The position numbers and the translations under genes are program-made. From the human T2T-CHM13v2.0 reference genome, Homo sapiens, in the NCBI RefSeq assembly GCF_009914755.1, contig NC_060935.1: DNA of 64,000 nt. One strand, given 5' to 3'. Positions 60,878 through 64,000 of this stretch are shown here, one piece after another (position 1 is the first letter of the stretch; each line of letters starts with the position of its first letter). The notes beneath the pieces are model-generated. The model saw nothing but the letters and a program-made list of their open reading frames with translations, was not told where the DNA came from and did not search any database.

Positions 60878-63514
60878 CTGACGTCGTCTCATTTTGTAGT
60901 CCAATAGCAGGAAAAAGAGGGTCAATTATCCCCACTTTATAGATGAGGAAGATGAGTTCTGAGACAGGGTACGGAGGTAGAGTAGAGGGGGAAAGAAGCT
61001 AGATGAAGGGCGTCATATCCCCTAATTTGTCCTGAGGTAGGGAGGGGGAGAGCTGGTAGCTGTCACATGAGTGGTCACTATATAGACAAATAGTGGGGCC
61101 CACTTCCAGGGCAGGACTCAGAAGCACTAGTAGAGGGTCCAGTCCAGAGAAGGGACTCCACAAATGATGCCGCTGTAATTATTGTCTGATCATCTATTCA
61201 TCACACATTTTCTGAGTACATCCTCTGTGGTGAGCACTACTCATATGTTCTTTATCATCCTCATGGACATGACACCCCACTTGGCCTGCGGTGGCTGGAG
61301 ACCTGGGGAGGAGTCATATCACAGCTTTTAGACCCACTCTGACATCGAGGTTAAATGCAACTTTAGGGCCAGCAAGTACAAGCCTTATTCTGCCACTTAC
61401 TAGCTGCAGGGCCTGGGGTGGCACTTGGCCTCCCAAGGGAAGGTGCTCTTTTCCCCATTTTACAATTGAGAGGACAAGATATGAGAGGTGAAAATACAGA
61501 CCTCCCTGACTAGAATTCATTCTCCCAACCACCATGCACACTAGTGTTTCCCAGAGGTGGTCCCGCAGGCTTCAGAATCTTGTGGGGTGTTTGGAGAGTG
61601 ATTCCTGACCCCTCCTCCGACTCAGTAAATCTTGACAGTGAGGCCCCAAAATATGAATTCTTCACAAGCTCTGAAGGTGATTCTTATGTGTGTTGGGGCT
61701 TGAGAATTGGCTCTCCTGCCTCCTCATTTCCAGTCTTTAAACAGGGATCTGCACAGCAGCAGGCAGCAGAAGTAGGCAGCGCTCTGGAAATACAGTTGGC
61801 AAAAGCTCTCTCCCTTAAAACTAACAGGGAGAGAGCTAACTCCATGACTGGCATGACATCTGTGAACAAAGGAAGTGACAGGGCCACCAAGAACTGCTGT
61901 GGGCCAGTGAGAGCAACAGAAGACCAGGTCCTAGCCTTCCCTGCTGAGAACTTTACCCATTGCCTAGTAAGAAGGAACTGGAGATGCCATCAGAGCTGCA
62001 TCGTAGTAATGCTGGTAGATTTCAATTTTTACAATTTATATTTGTTATGAATGTATTCACCATTCCTTAGAGTATGTTTAATTATCCTCAGTCTTTGTTC
62101 TGCTTTTAAAATCCACATTGAAAAGGCAAAGTGACATGTGCTTAAGAGGTCTTTAATAAATACTTTGGTCAAGAACAGGGAGGGGGTAGTTTAATTCCTC
62201 CTGATTAGACCCGCCTACCTCCCGGCCATCTGAAATTTAAATTTAAGTAAAAGTCAGTATGCTTTCTAAATAAATGCAGTTTCACAACACAACCTTTAGC
62301 CCACACTCAAGCAACTATATGGCTGCCCCTAATTCCTCCTCTATTGACATTCAGGAGCTGCCAGGGTTTCTGTAAAAGTACCTGAACACAGTGGATCAAC
62401 CAACAGTGGCTCTGGGGTTTAGAGTTTTGAGCAGCAGCTCAGAATGATATCCATCTGCCTTTCTGAATCACAGCCAACTTCTGGCCTCTCTGCACAGATT
62501 TGGTGCAGGAAACTAGCCATACCCACGCCCACACCCACAGCTCGCCCCGTGCCTCCTTCATCTTCATAATTCTGCTCCCACCCTCTTCCCTCTTCCTTGC
62601 CCTTCAAGTTGCAACACTGAACTGAGTTTATGGATGATGCTCAACAATTTATTGTTGATTAACTGATTGATTCGGTTGCTATGGAAACCATCAGATTCTA
62701 GTACAACAGTGGGATTCCTTCCTGACTTTATGCTTGACAAAATGCTGACTCTCTGTGCTTGCTTCTCCCAGCTTGCCACCTCCATCTGGGTCAGGAGGAG
62801 CAATTGGAAGCAGAAGCTCCAAGAGAAAGGTGGGAATGTTGGTAAACCCAGGTGAAAAAAAGCAACAAGGAGGGTAAGTGGCCCTGCAATGTGGAAATTT
62901 CCATCAGAAGCAGCCTACACAGTGATTATAAGTGTCAGGGCTTTTAGATCAAGCTATACCTGGGTTCAAATCTCACTTCCTCCACTTATTAGGCTTAAGG
63001 TTAATTAAGCCTTTCAGCCTTCATTTTCTCATTTGTTTTAATTGAGATAATACTGTGCCTTTAGGTTGCCTGGAGAAATTACGAAATGATACAAGGAAGT
63101 TAGAAAGCAAAGTGCCTGGTACCTACGGGAGCCTTGCCCAGGCCAAGAGGGATGCAGACCTCCCATTTTTTAAGGCTCTTAGATAGAAAGTGAATAGCAA
63201 CAATATTACATAAATTGAGGAAGAGCTTTATGTATACATTTTTTTGAATTATCACTTTTTTAGTACAAAAATACAATGCAAGATTATAGGAATTCTAGAA
63301 AATATTAATTCAAGGTTCCTCATGACTCTGTGTCTAGAAATTAGACACAAAGTCTGAATGATAAATATCTTCTTCTCAGGAAATCTTTGTGATTTTATTT
63401 ATAAATTGTTTGAACATGATGTCATAGTCGAAACTTGTGGTCCTTTGTGACTGAGCTGCCCAGCATTCTGCCTCAATAAACCTCCCTGGACAGAGTAAGT
63501 GTTCATTTAGTGAT

Positions 63515-63811
<297 letters not shown>

Positions 63812-64000
63812 TTAGTAATTTTCAGCATCATCATAATGTCTCCAGTGAAGCTGAAACCACCACACATACTGCAGATGGAGTTTTGTCACTGTACACTGCA
63901 CAATGATAGGGACCCCTGGGGCACCTCCAGACAGCATGAAGGTGACTGACCTCCCTGTAGACTAACCTCCTAGACCCTGTGCATCAGTGTGACGAGTGCA

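Noticed and set aside
61544-62050. 168-aa ORF
   Set aside because: GTG start, begins in a MER5A-like repeat, no recognisable homology or exon structure.

Overview
Human/primate genomic DNA covering the 3' part of PANX1 (pannexin-1) on the + strand. The window holds most of intron 1, coding exons 2-5 (140+224+656+80 nt, which with the 181 coding nt of exon 1 lying upstream of the window gives the known 426-aa protein), the 3' UTR and about 15 kb of downstream DNA. Downstream lie an ARPC3 processed pseudogene (- strand) and a 5'-inverted L1PA. Much of the rest is transposable-element derived (Alu, L1PA, L1M, MIR, L2, MaLR/ERV LTRs, Tigger/Charlie/MADE1), and nearly all short ORFs in the track are spurious or L1 remnants. 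I see no wholly new biological system. The most notable observations are: (i) a full-length antisense L1PA4-like element in intron 2 that retains both parts of the 'gene-breaking' configuration (antisense poly(A) signal, and an antisense promoter facing exons 3-5); (ii) a 415-bp near-identical non-tandem templated insertion 8.8 kb from its donor, plus smaller templated events in the same intron; (iii) a tiny twin-primed L1 with a multi-kb internal gap; (iv) an array of five AATAAA motifs; (v) a possible poison exon mutually exclusive with exon 2; (vi) a consensus CTCF site. Repeat subfamily names come from recalled consensus sequences and were not computed.
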